From NCBI GenBank assembly GCA_028534125.1, contig CM052823.1, positions 74,276,001 through 74,340,000 on the forward strand: a DNA stretch of 64,000 nt, in the 5' to 3' direction. Below the pieces are notes generated by a model. The model was not told the origin of the DNA, did no database searches, and was given only the letters and a program-made list of their open reading frames with translations. A program made the translations under genes and the position numbers. Shown here one piece after another: positions 12,286 to 26,170 of the stretch. The DNA is from Lama glama (taxonomy: Eukaryota). How positions within the stretch are numbered: position 1 is the stretch's first letter; each line of letters begins with the position of its first letter.

Positions 12286-12564
12286 CTGAAAATGATTCCT
12301 TTGAGGATCCGAAAATGTAATTACTTTGGTTGGCTGGCTATTAAATTCCTGCTTCTGACCGTTGGTATATGGCCTAAAGTTTTCAGGAAGGTGATATAAA
12401 TCAGTCTGTTCGTATTTACTCGGGGGACTATAACCACTTCCACCTTCGTCTCCACCTCCTTCAGGATGGTACCCGGGGTGCTGGTCTTCAGGTCGGCTTT
12501 GATTCTCTTCCCAAACATTGCCACTCTTCTCTCCAACATATATATCCCGAATCTCATTATAGTC
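12286..12564 (-). CDS. CEP152: CEP152 coding exon 5 (279 nt)
   Basis: caatag|GACTAT...TTTCAG|gtattg. Encodes [93 protein letters not shown]. Confidence 0.95.
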
Positions 12565-12642
12565 CTATTGGAGAGCAATAGTAAAGGAAAAGCACTGAGA
12601 CCTGCTCCCACCCTCGAAGCCATTACCACACCAGATACTTAC

Positions 12643-12715
12643 ATTTACACTCTGAGATTTAGGCAGCACTTGATGCTCATTCCAGTTCATCTCCGATTGC
12701 TCTGAATGATGTGGC
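12643..12715 (-). CDS. CEP152: CEP152 coding exon 4 (73 nt)
   Basis: ttgtaag|GCCACAT...GTAAAT|gtaagt. Encodes (R)PHHSEQSEMNWNEHQVLPKSQSVN and is followed by a 78-nt intron. Confidence 0.93.
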
Positions 12716-12939
12716 CTTACAAAAAGTCAGTACTTTAGATCAGAATCGATCATTTATTTGGACAGAGACATCCCAAAGAACCCCAAGATTTTAACATGTT
12801 TTCCCTCCAAACTTCACCTTAAAGTTTAAGAACTGGTCTACAATTTTATAATCACATACATTATCACTGCCTGTAGAGAATCAAAAGAAACAGACTTCTA
12901 GAATTGTGATGTGCAGGCGAAGGGGATGTCAGGTCCTTA

Positions 12940-13062
<123 letters not shown>

Positions 13063-16000
13063 TCAGAATCTCACCAACTCGAACACAAGATGCCAAACCA
13101 AAGCTGCCTTGGAACGAGTGATTTTGACTCCAGAAGTCAAATAAGTTCCCAATTTCTGCATTTAATAAATGTCTTAAATTCCACAGGAATTATGTTCATC
13201 ATTGCACTTGGGGAAAGAGGAATACTGAAATAGCAGGATTTACATTAGAAGGCTTTACTTTCTCCTACAAAGGTATTAGATTTAAGTGCACATACAACAG
13301 TATTTTAAAACTTCTTTATGCAAACACAGCAAGTCATAATAATGGTACAATCACTGTATCATGTTATCACAGGGCAGATTTGAGTCTCAGAATCCTCTTG
13401 TTCTGCCAGTAACCAGACCTGGAAGACTTGACAATCAGACATCCCCCAGGGAATGTGAGGAGCCAGATGCACTTTGCCCAGGTGGTGAGACCAGCAGCAG
13501 CAGCAGGTGGCCTGGAAGCCCTCAAAAGCTCTAACAATAGGATAGAAAGCTTTTGGGGAGTGACGAATTAGTAAACAAGCATCTAATTCCAAAGACGAAA
13601 AGATACACAATACTTGGATCTTATATAAACAGCTGACTAAAAAGAAAGCTGTAAGATTCAGGTTTTTACAGACACAGCACTCTCAAAAGCTTAACTCGAA
13701 AACTGACATAAAAGCATCTGACTTTGTTCTCCAATTTTTTTCTAGAAAAAAACTCACATTTTTAGCATTTTGCCTTATAAAAACTACATAGAAAAAATTC
13801 ACTCAAGTTTCAAGATAAACTGTGATAAAGAGATAAATGAATTGCCTAATTTGTTGAATTTCAATATCCATCTGTAAATATCTTTCTTCAAATCCCAATA
13901 TGTTGACTTAAAATTTGTAACAATCAGAAGATTCAAACATTTTCCTAAATATTCAGGGGACTGCTTATGATGACTTCTCTTTAAAATTAAGCACCAGTTA
14001 AATTAGCAAGTTGACTGAGTCCCTCCAAGTACATAAATCAGTCCCATAAAATTATGCAATGAGTGAATTTTAAAGATATCAAATACTCTATGAAAACTTG
14101 GAGGGAAAAAATGAGAAGCTCCTTAGTTTTTGGCAGGTTTCCGCCCCCCCACCCCATTTTTCTGCTATTAGAATAAAAGAAATGAAATGCAGCTATTAAA
14201 TACATCTGAGTATTATATCTATAGTCAAAAAACTTCCTTAAACAAAATACATATGGTGAAAGTTAAATTAAAATATTCGAAGAAATGTCTGAAAGGAATG
14301 CCCCAATTGTTAACTGAGTTTTAGCGAAATCAAATTTGGGAGTGGAAATGGGGTACATGAGGTGGGGAAGGGGGATATACAAATCATATATATATTTCTA
14401 TACATATAAATCAGTTTCTAATATTCACCAGATTATTTTTTAAAGGTGTTCTTGATCTATTTGGTTCTTTAAAAATGAAACAAGAGGAAAATATTCTATT
14501 CCAATGAAAAGTAATCTTGATACTAATATTAACAACCAAGGCCCTGACTTACTGGCTAACTGCTCACGCAGGCAACTTAAAAATCATTTTGAGAATTAGC
14601 CATATCAGAATTGACCCAAAGACATAATGAATAAGAAACAACACTAAAAACAAAACAGAACACATCAACACGTCAGGATATCACATGTGTAACTCAAGAG
14701 AAAGGTAGCGAAGTGATTTTACAAAGACACAAAATTCACTAAGAAAAAAACACCTATGAGGTCTTTTAAAAGTAGTCTAACCTATTTTGTCTATAATTAC
14801 GTATCTCTGCCTTAAGGAAAAAGACTATACCCACATGTAACACAGGGAAAAAGAACAAAATAGATATTTTATACTCACATCAAGTAAGGACTCCTGTACA
14901 GAAGAAATATTTTCTTCTAAACTGTCAGTGAGGTTCAAGTACATAGCTGTATAACTCAAGGGAACCTTGATAGGGACATCTAAACATTTTTTTAAATACA
15001 TTCCCCGCCTCACAAAGATAGAAAAAGCTACACATTAATTAAGCAATTCTTTGCAGCTTTGTGACACCACAAAATTAACAAAACTGGCATCCATGGAGGA
15101 AAATTAATTTGAGCTTAAGCAATAAATTCATCAAAATGCTTCTGGATCCACAGGCCAACTTATCAACTAGCAAGCTCATCTCAATTGTATTTAGTGTTTT
15201 ATAAAAATATTTACAGCTATACTAACATTTTTAAATCATTTCATTCACCTTCAAAAAATTTCTCCATCAAATTCTGTGGCATAGCTGGGCCATATTCCTT
15301 GGCTTCCACCAACTCTGAGGGCAGAGAGAGGCTAAGCGAGCTGAGTCCTCCTAATAAAGCCTTTCAGGAACAAAAGCCCACCCGCTAGGCTTCCACTTCC
15401 AGGATCAGAGTGCACCCTCCTCAGGTCTACTGTCAAATAGATTTTGCTCTTGGTCATTGAGCCTTATGCCATAAAACACAAAATTACCTTATCAACTTAG
15501 ACATGCTACCAAACAGAGAATTTTAAAAACTGTGTATTTTCCTCATTAAAGATCCACCCAACTGCCAAATACTGATTCAAAGACAAAGAAAACACTCCTT
15601 ATAAATGGCAAGAGTTAATCCCACTCATTACTTCCAAATTCATCATACTGCTTTCTGGTTGCAGATGCAATCTTCTCAGCAGAACAGTACTGAGTATCAA
15701 CTGAGTTTAATAATCACAGATCTCTCCCCTAGAAAGAAGATCATTTGCCATTCCTATGTCTCCTACCGAAAGGCATTCAAAACTCTTCAATAAGCTGGTC
15801 TCCCTTCACTATCACAGGTTTGCTCCCGAAAAGTAAAGAAAAAAATTAGGGTATTTTACTCAAAGAATCTCAGCAACAAAACACTTTACAATAACCCAAA
15901 TAGAATATCCAAAAAGCCTAGTGTAGGGGGAATGTAAAACAGAACAGGTAAACCTTTCATTAGCGTTTTTCGGCTTAAATTAATCAAACAGATTGTCTTC

Positions 16001-16171
16001 AGAGTCTATAATCCTTGAAAGTCATGAAAGCAAGAGCTCTCAGGTTACAAACCATACATCTTCTCCCCAGAGAAGAGTAGCAAATGGAGTGGCCAACGTT
16101 CATCTGCCTTTTGAAATGGTTATCCCATAAGAACACTAAAAAGATTCTGATATTTAAAAACATGAATTATT

Positions 16172-16478
16172 AAAACAGACTCATAGACATAGTGAACAAT
16201 CTTATGGTTACCGGAGGGGGAAAGGGTGTGGGAAGCGATAAATTGGGAGTTTGAGGTTTGCAATTATTAACCACTATATATAAAAATAGATTTAAAAAAT
16301 TTCTTCTGTCTAGCACAGTGAACTATACTCAATATCTTGTAATAACCTTTAATGAAAAAGAATATGAAAATGAATATATGTATGTGTATGCATGACTGGG
16401 ACATTATGCTGTATACCAGAAACTGACACATTGTAACTGACTGTACTTCAATAAAAAGTAAAAATAAAAAATAAAAAA
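16172..16478 (+). mobile_element. Truncated L1 3' end
   Basis: acagactcatagacatag...cttcaataaaaa. Imperfect TSD aaaaacatgaattattaaa / aaaaatatgaatcattaaa. Confidence 0.85.
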
Positions 16479-19400
16479 TATGAATCATTAAATAATGCTT
16501 TCATGGATACACGCTTAGCAGAATCTCCATTTGAGCCTAAGAGCCAAGTTAAAAACACCCCTGAAAAGGCACAACACGGGATTGATAAAGGGTCAAATAA
16601 CTTGGCAGCTAGAGCTTAGTCTATGAATTATACTATGTGCAGATATTTTTAAATGCATTCCATTGTTGAAACAAATTTTATAATGTTAGTAGGGAAGACT
16701 CTGCCTCGATTGCCACACATCTGAAAAAGAAATGGAGCAACATTTATTAGGCCAGTACCGGCTATGCAGCAGGTGACACGTAACACAGCTCTGGCCCAGG
16801 AGGAACACTGGCGGTCCTCCAAGCCAAACCTCTCCCTCTAAAGGTGTGCAAGCCAGGGCCCAGGGAAGGCAAGGGGCACGTCCACGAAAAGTGAGCCTTC
16901 CCGGCCCAGGGCCCAGCCCCAGAGCCTGCCTCTCTCCATCCCGACTCCTGTTTGCTTCTACATGACATTTAGTGGTCACGGGAAGGACACTTATTTCTAC
17001 CTGCTTGTATATGGTCAAGCATCAGTCTGCTGGAGTTCAGTGTTTTTGTTCCCACTGTGGCAGTTCCCAAAACAAAACAAAACAAAAAGCAAAAAACCTG
17101 TATATTATGGAAAATATTTCAAAGGCACAATCTAGATAAAGTATAAGAAGATGCTAAAAAAATCAAAAAAATATGTAATATGAACACTCAACCATTTGCA
17201 TCTTTGCTTTTCTTCGGTGATAACAAGGAAATTTCACTAAATAAGTCAAATAATACACAATGTAAACAAGTACTAACTGTACAACTCCCTCTAGTGGGGA
17301 CAAAGTAGCAAAATGTTTCCTAAATACATCAAACAAGGCAGCTAAAAGTGGAAGAAAGGCTATGCAATCCAAACTTAACCCCTAAAACACGATTCCAAGC
17401 TCAGCTGAGCTTATTATTTTATTAGAGAAATAATAGCAAAACTAAGAGGGACTCGGACCAGTATTCCCAGGCCCAAGTTTCTGTCTGCCAACTGCTACTC
17501 AAACCACTTACCTTTCTACTTAAGATCATTTTCCAAGTTTCAAATTTATCATCACTAAATAAATGACCATCAGCAAGTATTACCTTGATACCACAGATTA
17601 CTAAGTACTTCTACCCCAATCCACCGGCTCCAAAATATATATACATTTATACATGATTTTACTATCTAGAACCAAGCAATAATCACAGAGCCACTTCTGG
17701 TGACAGTGCAGAGAGTATATGTATGCTCCAGCAAATCGTGAGATCCCAAATGACAACCCTGCCTTAAGCTGTGCTTTACCAATAACTTTGATGCTTACAG
17801 CAACCACAACGACAACAACTCTGTGTAACAAAACAGCCAATGATGAACTCCCAAAGTATAGTGACTTTAGGTGAAAAATATTTTGCAAAAATCACATTGT
17901 TACACTACGGATGAGTTAATAAAAACTTTTGAACTCCTCTGGGCCAGCTTTACAAGCAAAAGTTTGCCTAGAATGCTCTGGATGAGGTCTACCTAGCAGC
18001 AAGAAGGACAAGGACACCAGTAGTTCTCAGACGGTACAGAAAGTAATGTGCTCCAGTAAGTTGTGAGGACTACACGTGATATGAATATTAATTGATATGA
18101 TACCGTATCTCCACGGTATGACCACCCTCCCTCACCTGCACCCTATTCTGCTCTGTTCACCGTGTAGGAGATGGAGTTTCCGGTGAAACATGGGGTGAGG
18201 CTGTGTGTTATGCACTCCTCTGCTGTGCCTTGGCACACAATGTGAAACTTTTACCAATACACCATTTACAACTGTAGCAATTTAGAAATGATTATAGCGC
18301 CTTGCTTTTCTGCAAAATTCCTGGAGGTTTTTTTCAAAATCTGGGTCTCTTTGTGGTGGTCTGTGGCTGGAGATTCCACTGGTCTAAATGTCCTCTGAAT
18401 GTTGCATCACATTATTATATCCTTTCCTTTTCTGAAGATTAAATGCACTTTCTCCATTTATTCTTCAGTGCAAACAATAGAGGGAACAGAAGGAAAAGGC
18501 ACCATCATCACTGCAGAGCTGCTAATTTAGGATGGTACGTAGGCTGGAATGTGATCTTGGCTTACTCAATGACTTATGGACATAGTCCCAACTGACCCTG
18601 AAGCACCAAAATCAAACACCTCGGTAAAGCATGTTGTATAGCAATGCGCCGTTCATACTAGACGGTCAAAATCAGGATTATTCTGCCATTTACAGAAACG
18701 GGATCTCAAATCCTTAGCAGGGTAGACCAAGAGTCAGACATGGCCTGCTTGGCCAGCTCTACAGCACATCCCTGGGATGCAGGCATTCCTCCTATATAAA
18801 TGAACTGAATATAAAGTGATCCAGTAAGTAGAGAAAGCAGTACGCATTAGCCCACTGCTAACATGCTAATCTACCTGGCAAGCCCAAAGCTACCAACCAG
18901 GCTGGCATGAAAACACCATTCTTTCCTTTAACCTCTTAAGGCTGTAAACTATTCTGCTATCATAGGGTCAGGGAGATTGAGGAAGTTGAACAGGCTCCTG
19001 GATAGGAAAACAAACTTAGGTTTGATCAGCCAATTTATTATTTTAACTTGCAGTGACAAAATATAAATACAGCTGAATTCTTATAATCTGGAATTTTGTT
19101 GCTGAAACTCTCTAACCTCTGATCTCACATCCTCCCTTGTAGCAGATTCTTTTTAAAAATAGGAAAAAACACTTATTACCATGGAACACTTTTTATTAAC
19201 AGGAACCATAATCTTCATGTTAGTCAAGTTAGCTAAATGTTCTCTTCTTCCACTTTGCTACAAACGCTCATTCTTAGATACTTCATCTCTTAAAAGTGCC
19301 TTTTCCTCTGGAAATCCCCTACCCCAGCAGATAATCTAGCAAGAAGTAATCCCAATGGCTATTTTGTAGATCATCTAGAATTAACTGCCTCCTTAAGTAC

Positions 19401-19739
19401 CCTCCTTTAAAATTTTCACCCCACTATACGCCTGGCAGTAAGTTCTCTCTAATACCCTACCCATCTTTTCCAGTGAAAAAATCGCCTGTCAGATTCTATT
19501 TTCTTCTTCTTTAAAGTCTACTATAATAATCACTTAAACTGATCCTCTCAAGAATCCCAGTAGCTAAATTCCGGCAAACTATCCAAAGCCATCAGGGTCA
19601 TGAAACCCTCAAGCTGTGAGTTCACAAAGTAAAAGAAAACCCTCACCCCAACCCTTGCCACAGCAATTGTTGTGAAGGCCCCTGTCAGAATCCGGAAACC
19701 CTGGAAAGGGTCACAAACCCCAGTGCCCTCAGTGATCTG

Positions 19740-20035
19740 GCAGAGAATTTACAAGAGGGAAGCTGGCAGGTCCAAGTGCACAAGCCCATGTCTGGGGGTG
19801 GGGACTGTGGCCAGCTGGGAAGGGAAAGCCAGTGCTCAGCTCCAGCCCGCCTGCTGCCACATGCAGACAGGCCACGTGCAGACCAGGCTTAGGACACTTC
19901 AAGACAGGCCAGAAACTCTGGATTGTTATATGAAATGTTTTAATCTTTAAATAGAGATTCAATGTTTTTAAAAACACTGTGCAACCAAGTAATACATGTC
20001 TATGGACAAAATCCACCAAGCTGCCAGCTTTGTCT
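19740..20035. mobile_element. hAT-Charlie DNA transposon fossil (MER102-like)
   Basis: ccagaaactctggattgttatatgaaat...acactgtgcaaccaagtaatacatgtctatggac...gccagctttg resembles the recalled MER102 consensus. Confidence 0.5.
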
Positions 20036-20218
20036 TGACCCTAACTCTACTGCCAGCCTTTTGGGCAACTGACCCTATTCCTTGCTTCCTATTAAGACAA
20101 ATGATCCACACCAACTATTAAAAAGGATTATTTTATATATTAGAAAATGGTTCCTATCAAGCATAGTCCCAGTACAGAAAAAACCTGTTATCACAGTCAA
20201 TCAAGAAATTTTACTCAA

Positions 20219-20427
20219 TTTACAAATGTTAGCCACTATATATAAAAGTAGATTTTAAAGTTTCTTCTGTATAGCACAGGGAACTATGTTCAATATCTTA
20301 TAATAACCTTTAATGAAAAAAATATGAAAGCAGATATATGTATGTATATGCATGACTGGAACATGGTGCTGTACACCAGAAACTGACACATTGTAACTGA
20401 TGGTACTTCAATTTAAAAAAAAAAAAA
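20219..20427 (+). mobile_element. Truncated L1 3' end
   Basis: Same L1 3' motif with poly(A). The flanks aaattttactcaa / aaattttattcaa look like a TSD. Confidence 0.85.
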
Positions 20428-20539
20428 TTTTATTCAAACTAAAAACAATCATAACAAGCAGATGGACTTCCACCAACTGCCACTATTACTACGGAGCTAA
20501 GAATTCTGTTAAACACACACACACATAAATAATACAATC

Positions 20540-21130
20540 TCCTCCTCACACTCCTTTTCTCCTTTAGTCTACTTACACAACACAGCATTCAGAAAGACCT
20601 TTCAAATATGTGAGCAGAAAACTTCCCTGCCTAAAATCCTCCACCGGCTTCCTGCTGCTCCTGGAATAAAATACCAGCCTCTTCCTGTGACATACCACGA
20701 TCTGGTCCAGAGCACCTCTTCCCCTGCCTCCACCACGCACCCCTTGCTAACACAACCCCAACACCATTGCCTTCCGGCTGTTTCGCAGATACTTAAGGTC
20801 TCTTCCTAACTTCCAGGCTCTACACTCAGGTGGTGGCCTCGAATATTCCTCCCAGATCTTCTGTGTGGCGCTCCTTCTCATGGGTCGTCTCAGCGCAAAC
20901 ATTTCCTACTCCAAGAGACCTTCCCCTGCCAGCTCCCTACTGGTTGCTTTAATGTCACCCTATTTTGTTCCCCTATCATTTATCAGTGCTAAATCGCCAC
21001 TCACTCAAAAGCCTTTATTTTTCTTCATGTGCTTTGCTTGTTTCTCATCTGCCTCCACTGGGGTGTAAGGTACCCGGAGCAGAGAACCTTGCCGGACTCG
21101 GTCAAGGCCAAGTTCCACACACGCAGGCCT
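20540..21130 (+). mobile_element. L2 LINE remnant
   Basis: Pyrimidine-rich L2-like sequence (cttccctgcctaaaatcctccaccggcttcc...atctgcctccactggggtgtaag). Ends are approximate. Confidence 0.6.
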
Positions 21131-21378
21131 CTGCCTCCAAGGCTAACCACTACGTCAGAAGTGAAAAAGCCTTAAAAAATCTAACCAGTTATCTGATGGC
21201 ATCACACACAGTTGCTTCACTCTGGTCACAAAAAAAGGGAGCAGTCCACTTACCCACTTTTTAGAAGTCCAAATGCTGACCAAGTTTTAGGGGTTTCAAA
21301 ATGACACAAAATGATATAATTTGAGTCAGGAAATAAGATTAAGATTGGGTTTAGAATCTTTTTTTCTGAGTAACCTAC

Positions 21379-21465
21379 CTCTTTCTCCCTTTCATAGTCT
21401 TCTTGGTCATACACTTCGTCTTCATTTTGTGTCTGCAGTGCCACACTGCCAAAGTCCAGGGACAT
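21379..21465 (-). CDS. CEP152: CEP152 exon 2, start codon (whole exon 21379-21472 including 7 nt of 5' UTR)
   Basis: cccgcag|GAAGAGC ATG TCC CTG...AAAGAG|gtaggt. [29 protein letters not shown] is the CEP152 N-terminus. Confidence 0.97.
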
Positions 21466-22718
21466 GCTCTTCCTGCGGGAGCAAAAGATGTTTGGTTTCT
21501 ACATATGCCATAGAATTTCCCAGACTCAACGACACAAGAGATGCCATACAAAAAAGACAAAAGCAGTTGGGGAGAATAGGCAACTCATGTAGAACAAATG
21601 GTTAGTATTCCAAATATAATGAGAGTCCTTACAAAGTAATGGTGATTCACAGAAAATAGCTGTATGACATCAATTCATGACAATGAAAATAATGCCAAAA
21701 GCTGATAAACCTAGGACTAGACCTTTCTAGCAGTCTGGGAAAGTATAACCTAAAACTTAAGATTTTTGTCCACACAAAAAAGTAAGAATAATCTAAAAAC
21801 GTGCCAAAACAAAAATTTTTAAGAATCCGCAAAGTTCCTAATTTGATGTATTAAATATGGCACAGGTAGCATCCTCCACAATTTGCTTCATCTTTTAAAT
21901 ATCACAAATCCAAGTCATGTTTTACAGAAAGGAGAGTCACTAAATCCTGAGTTAATGACTGCTGCCCAAAAAACATTTACAACCTGGTAAACTCCACAGG
22001 GCACACAAGAAAACTATGTGCTAAATGCCCTGCTCCTATACTTGATAAAATCAGGTTCTAGCAAAAAATACTCAGGACAAACAAAAGTAGAGGATGTGAA
22101 GCTATATCACTGTCCAAAAGCAACAGCGAGACTTCCCTGGAGAACAGTCACCGCTGTGGTACAGTTGGCAGTCAGAGATGGGTTCCAAGTACTCACAGTC
22201 AAGAGACTGTGGATGATTTGAGTTACAGGTAGGGATCCTGACACTACACAGAAAATACCCAGAATTTCAAAAGCTCTGAACAAACCTGACCAAAAAAAAG
22301 TAGGCAGGTGTCATCAATTACACAGCCGAATACTGCCCTCTATCCAGTCCACTATGCCGCATGCGAATCACGTGCACTTTGATGTAAGCCCGGGCCACAA
22401 CTCAGCCACTCACTTTTCAGGCTCTAAAATGTCATTAAATTGCAAGTGAAATCAGCTAAGACCGGCAATCCAAACACATTTTACCATAAAGGACTTCGCT
22501 TCCTCGTGTTAACAGTCAAGAACTAAGAGCACACACTTTTATGTAAGCCAGTGGCTCTATAGCAAAAGATATTCCGCTTCATCACATGTAAGGTGCCCAT
22601 GATTGTATGACAGTTGTTTGTATCACTCTAAGCAAAAGATGTGGCCAATTAAAGCATGACACATCATTAATTTTAAAACGCAGCCCAATTTTGTCCATGT
22701 TAGAATGTGAAAAGGCCA

Positions 22719-22818
22719 GGGGTGGATATATAGCTCAGTGGCAGAGCACATGCTTAGCATGTATGAGTTCCTGGGTTCAGTCCCCAGTACCTCCATTAAG
22801 AAAAATAAAAAAAAAAAA
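22719..22818 (+). mobile_element. tRNA-derived SINE (camelid vic-1-like)
   Basis: A box tagctcagtgg, B box gggttcagtccc, then cctccattaa and an A tail. There is no tRNA acceptor stem. Confidence 0.85.
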
Positions 22819-24099
22819 TTTGAAAAGAAAGTGAATTGATGAAATATGGTATTACAGATTAACATAAATATGAATTTCATTGCTGAAAATCCCCATATGT
22901 CAAGTTTTTGTTTGTTTATTCCAAAGACTGAATTATGTTTCCTGGTCAAACTCTAATTTGCAATCCACCTTCTTTATCCCTCCCTCTCAGGTCCCTACAC
23001 CCAGCCCATCCCTTTCAACTTTATGAATTCAGACTCCTCACATCAACTAAACCCTTGCAGCCTCTGCTTCTTAGATAAGACCTGCTCCTTTCTGTTCCTG
23101 TGGCGGGGCTACATGGAGGAAGGGACACATGTACTTTCACCGAGAGGGAAAATAGAGGAGCTTGGGGAATCTAAACATTGTCTCTCCCTGCAACTATTAG
23201 AACCCTCTTGATTACCAGCATACGATGGAGATCTGAATATGGTAAAGAGCCTATATATGATGTAGCTAAAATGGTGAGGGGAAAACACTCACACAAGCTC
23301 ATGTCTCTAGGGTTTTTTCATTATTGCAAGTGAACGTCAAGTCTACAGAATCTACAGATAATGAAAATACTAGCCGATTTAAATCCTGGCTCCTTAAAAG
23401 AAATGCAATTAAGCTGGATCTTAAAAACATCCTTGAATACTCCAGGCAGAAATAATCTTTCCTGCTTTCAATTCTCATGATATTCTCTGTCTTTTCCTAC
23501 ATTTTATAGTTAAAGCCAGAATATGGAATTTGGGTTACTTTCTTTTATTAGGTAAAAGAAGGGAGGGTTTTTTTTTTTCCAACCCTTCACTAACCTGCCA
23601 TCAATTCCTGTTTTAAAAAAAAAAAAGAATATTAAGATTTACAAGAGCCTTTTGCTAAATATAGCTATTTTCAATAAAGAACTACTTTTTTTCAGAGAAT
23701 AATGAATTCTACAAGGTATTTTCATTTTCAAGTGAATGTATTTTTTACATTTTAAGAGAGTGTAAAAGATCAAACTGTATCTTTTTTTGAATGGCATTTT
23801 AAATCCAAACCATGTCATTAAGGAAGAAATCTGAAAATATCTGAAGAACAAAATCTCTTTCCACTGCGGAAGAAAAGGTACAAATTGGCTTTCCTTCTGA
23901 AAAGTACAAACTACCAGAGGCCTTAAGAAACTATTTAGGCATAAAGGGAAATTTGATAAACTTACTGTGGGTTTAAAAAAAATACTAAAAAGGTAATTAA
24001 CTAAAACTTAAAAGCTAATGCTTTTCTTCTGCTTATTAATCACTAATTACCACTGCTAGCAGAGACTTTACTATAATATTCAGAACAGTAGAAGAGGCT

Positions 24100-24431
24100 G
24101 CTTAAAAAAAAGGCAAGAAAACAAACAAACAAAAACAAAGCGTAAATACAGGACAGAAATAGACTCATAGACAGAGAATACAGACTTGTGGTTGCCAGGG
24201 GGGTGAAGGGTGGGAAGGGATAGACTGGGATTTCAAAATTGTAGAATAGATAAACAAAATTACAGCATATAGCACAGGGAAATATACATAAAATGTTATG
24301 ATAACTCACAGAGAAAAAAATGTGACAATGAGTGTGTATATGTCCATGAATGACTGAAAAATTGTGCTGAACACTGGAATTTGACACAACATTGTAAAGT
24401 GATTATAAATCAATAAAAAATGTTAAAAAAA
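24100..24431 (+). mobile_element. L1 3' end, different subfamily variant
   Basis: gacagaaatagactcatagacagagaatacagacttgtggttgccagggg...aaatcaataaaaaatgttaaaaaaa. Confidence 0.8.
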
Positions 24432-24699
24432 TACAGTAATGAGTGTATAATACATGTCTATATTTCATATGATGAAAAAAGCTAAACATTGTTAAATAAA
24501 TGTCTAGAAAATTCTTGGAAAAAAAAAAAAGCAAGACAATAAACCCAGAAGCCATAAAGGAAAAACATGACAGAAACTTAACCACAATAAAATAAAATCT
24601 GGATAAGGCAAGTCATCATTAACATGTCAAATAAGATGTATAAAAAAGAGCATCACTACATCACTAACAAAGTCAAAAGATGAAATAATAACAATGAAG

Positions 24700-24880
24700 A
24701 CAAATAACAAGTTTATATTGTATAGCACAGGGAACAATATTCAGTATCTTGTAGTAACTTATACAGTGAAAAAATATGAAAACGAATATATGTATGTTCA
24801 TGTAGAACAGCATTATGCTATACACCAGAAGTTGATACATTGTAAACTGACTGTACTTCAATTAAAAAAAATATAAATAA
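24700..24880 (+). mobile_element. Truncated L1 3' end nested in older L1M-like sequence
   Basis: tatagcacagggaacaatattcag...ctgtacttcaattaaaaaaaa. Confidence 0.8.
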
Positions 24881-25939
24881 TAATGAGAAAAATATTTGCA
24901 AAACTCAGGACAAAGTCCCAATGTACAATTCTCACAAAGAAATGAGAAAAAGGCAACTCAGTTTAAAATGGGCAGCTTATATGATGTTTCATTAAAAAAA
25001 AGAAATGTAAATGCTCAATGAACTTGAAAAGAACCATAAGCTCACAAAGAATTCAAAGTGTCATTTAAACAACGAAATATGACTTTCAACCACTAAATTT
25101 GAAAGAAAAAATTGGTTAACACCTAGTGGTGGCTCTTTTATAGGAAACAGGCATCCTCATGAATTACTGATGAAAGTATGAACTGGGAAAACCATCTTGA
25201 AAACTATTAAAGCTGAAATATCAAAAAAAATTTACCCTATTAAAAGTACTTCTGAATAAATTTGGCAATACTATGTCACTAATAAAGATAATGAAACATT
25301 TCTATGTATATTGACTGATTAAAAAATCAAGATGCAGAATAAGTGTACAAAAATAACAAGCTGGTTAATGCTTTCTTCTTGGATAGATAACTTTTTCTGA
25401 ACCTATTAAAAAAAACTATGTTCTGTCATTTTGTTACACTCACATGGGAAGGGCTCAGTCTCAGTACTCATCTTATTGTGCCCGGTTATGTTTTCTTTGC
25501 CCTCCTTGCAATGAGAAAGAAGATGGGTATTTAAAAAGCAAAAGTACATTGTTTTGTCTCATCTATAAGCACTCTGGAGCAGAATTAAAATATATAACTC
25601 CCTCACACTTTGCACACAGTAGGCACACAACAAATATTTGCTGAATGAATACATTCCCTTTGCTCTATACAGATTCATTATTTCAATAAAATTTTACCGA
25701 GCACCTACTGTGTGCCAAGGCATATCCTAAATGTATCATACATATGGCACCAGCCATGGGAAGCTTATAGTCTCTTAGGGAAACAATGATATAAATTAAT
25801 AGTTACAATGATACCTTGTAATACATTCTGTTATAGAGGAAAGTATAAAGCACAAATTAACTATGCCTAAAAAGAAAACGCTGACAAGTTTCACAGAAAG
25901 ACTGATTTAAGATTAGGAATAGAGCGTAAAGGACACAAC

Positions 25940-26170
25940 ACAGCTGTAAGTAGTTAAGGATGAGTGCACTCATTCAGACAACCTGGGCTCAATTCTGGCT
26001 CTCCCGTTTATCAGCTGTGCAAACTTGCACAAACTGTTTCCATTTCTTCATTAATAAAATGGGGGGTCAAAACAGGGCCCACCTCAAAGACTGGTTATAT
26101 ACAAGATTAGCGTATATAAAGTGCTTAGGACTGCGTACCAATTAATACATTTTAGTTTCGTTATTATTAT
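25940..26170 (+). mobile_element. MIR SINE
   Basis: tagttaagga...cagacaacctgggctcaattctggctc...taaaatgggg...taaagtgcttag MIR core. Confidence 0.7.

Noticed and set aside
12321-12705. 102-aa minus and 79-aa plus ORFs
   Set aside because: They are alternative-frame or antisense shadows of CEP152 exons 4-5.
22719-22800. tRNA-Ala-like sequence (also at about 33800, 57300, 57450 and 60560)
   Set aside because: These have A/B boxes but also A-rich tails, TSDs, divergence between copies and no acceptor stem, so they are SINEs rather than tRNA genes.
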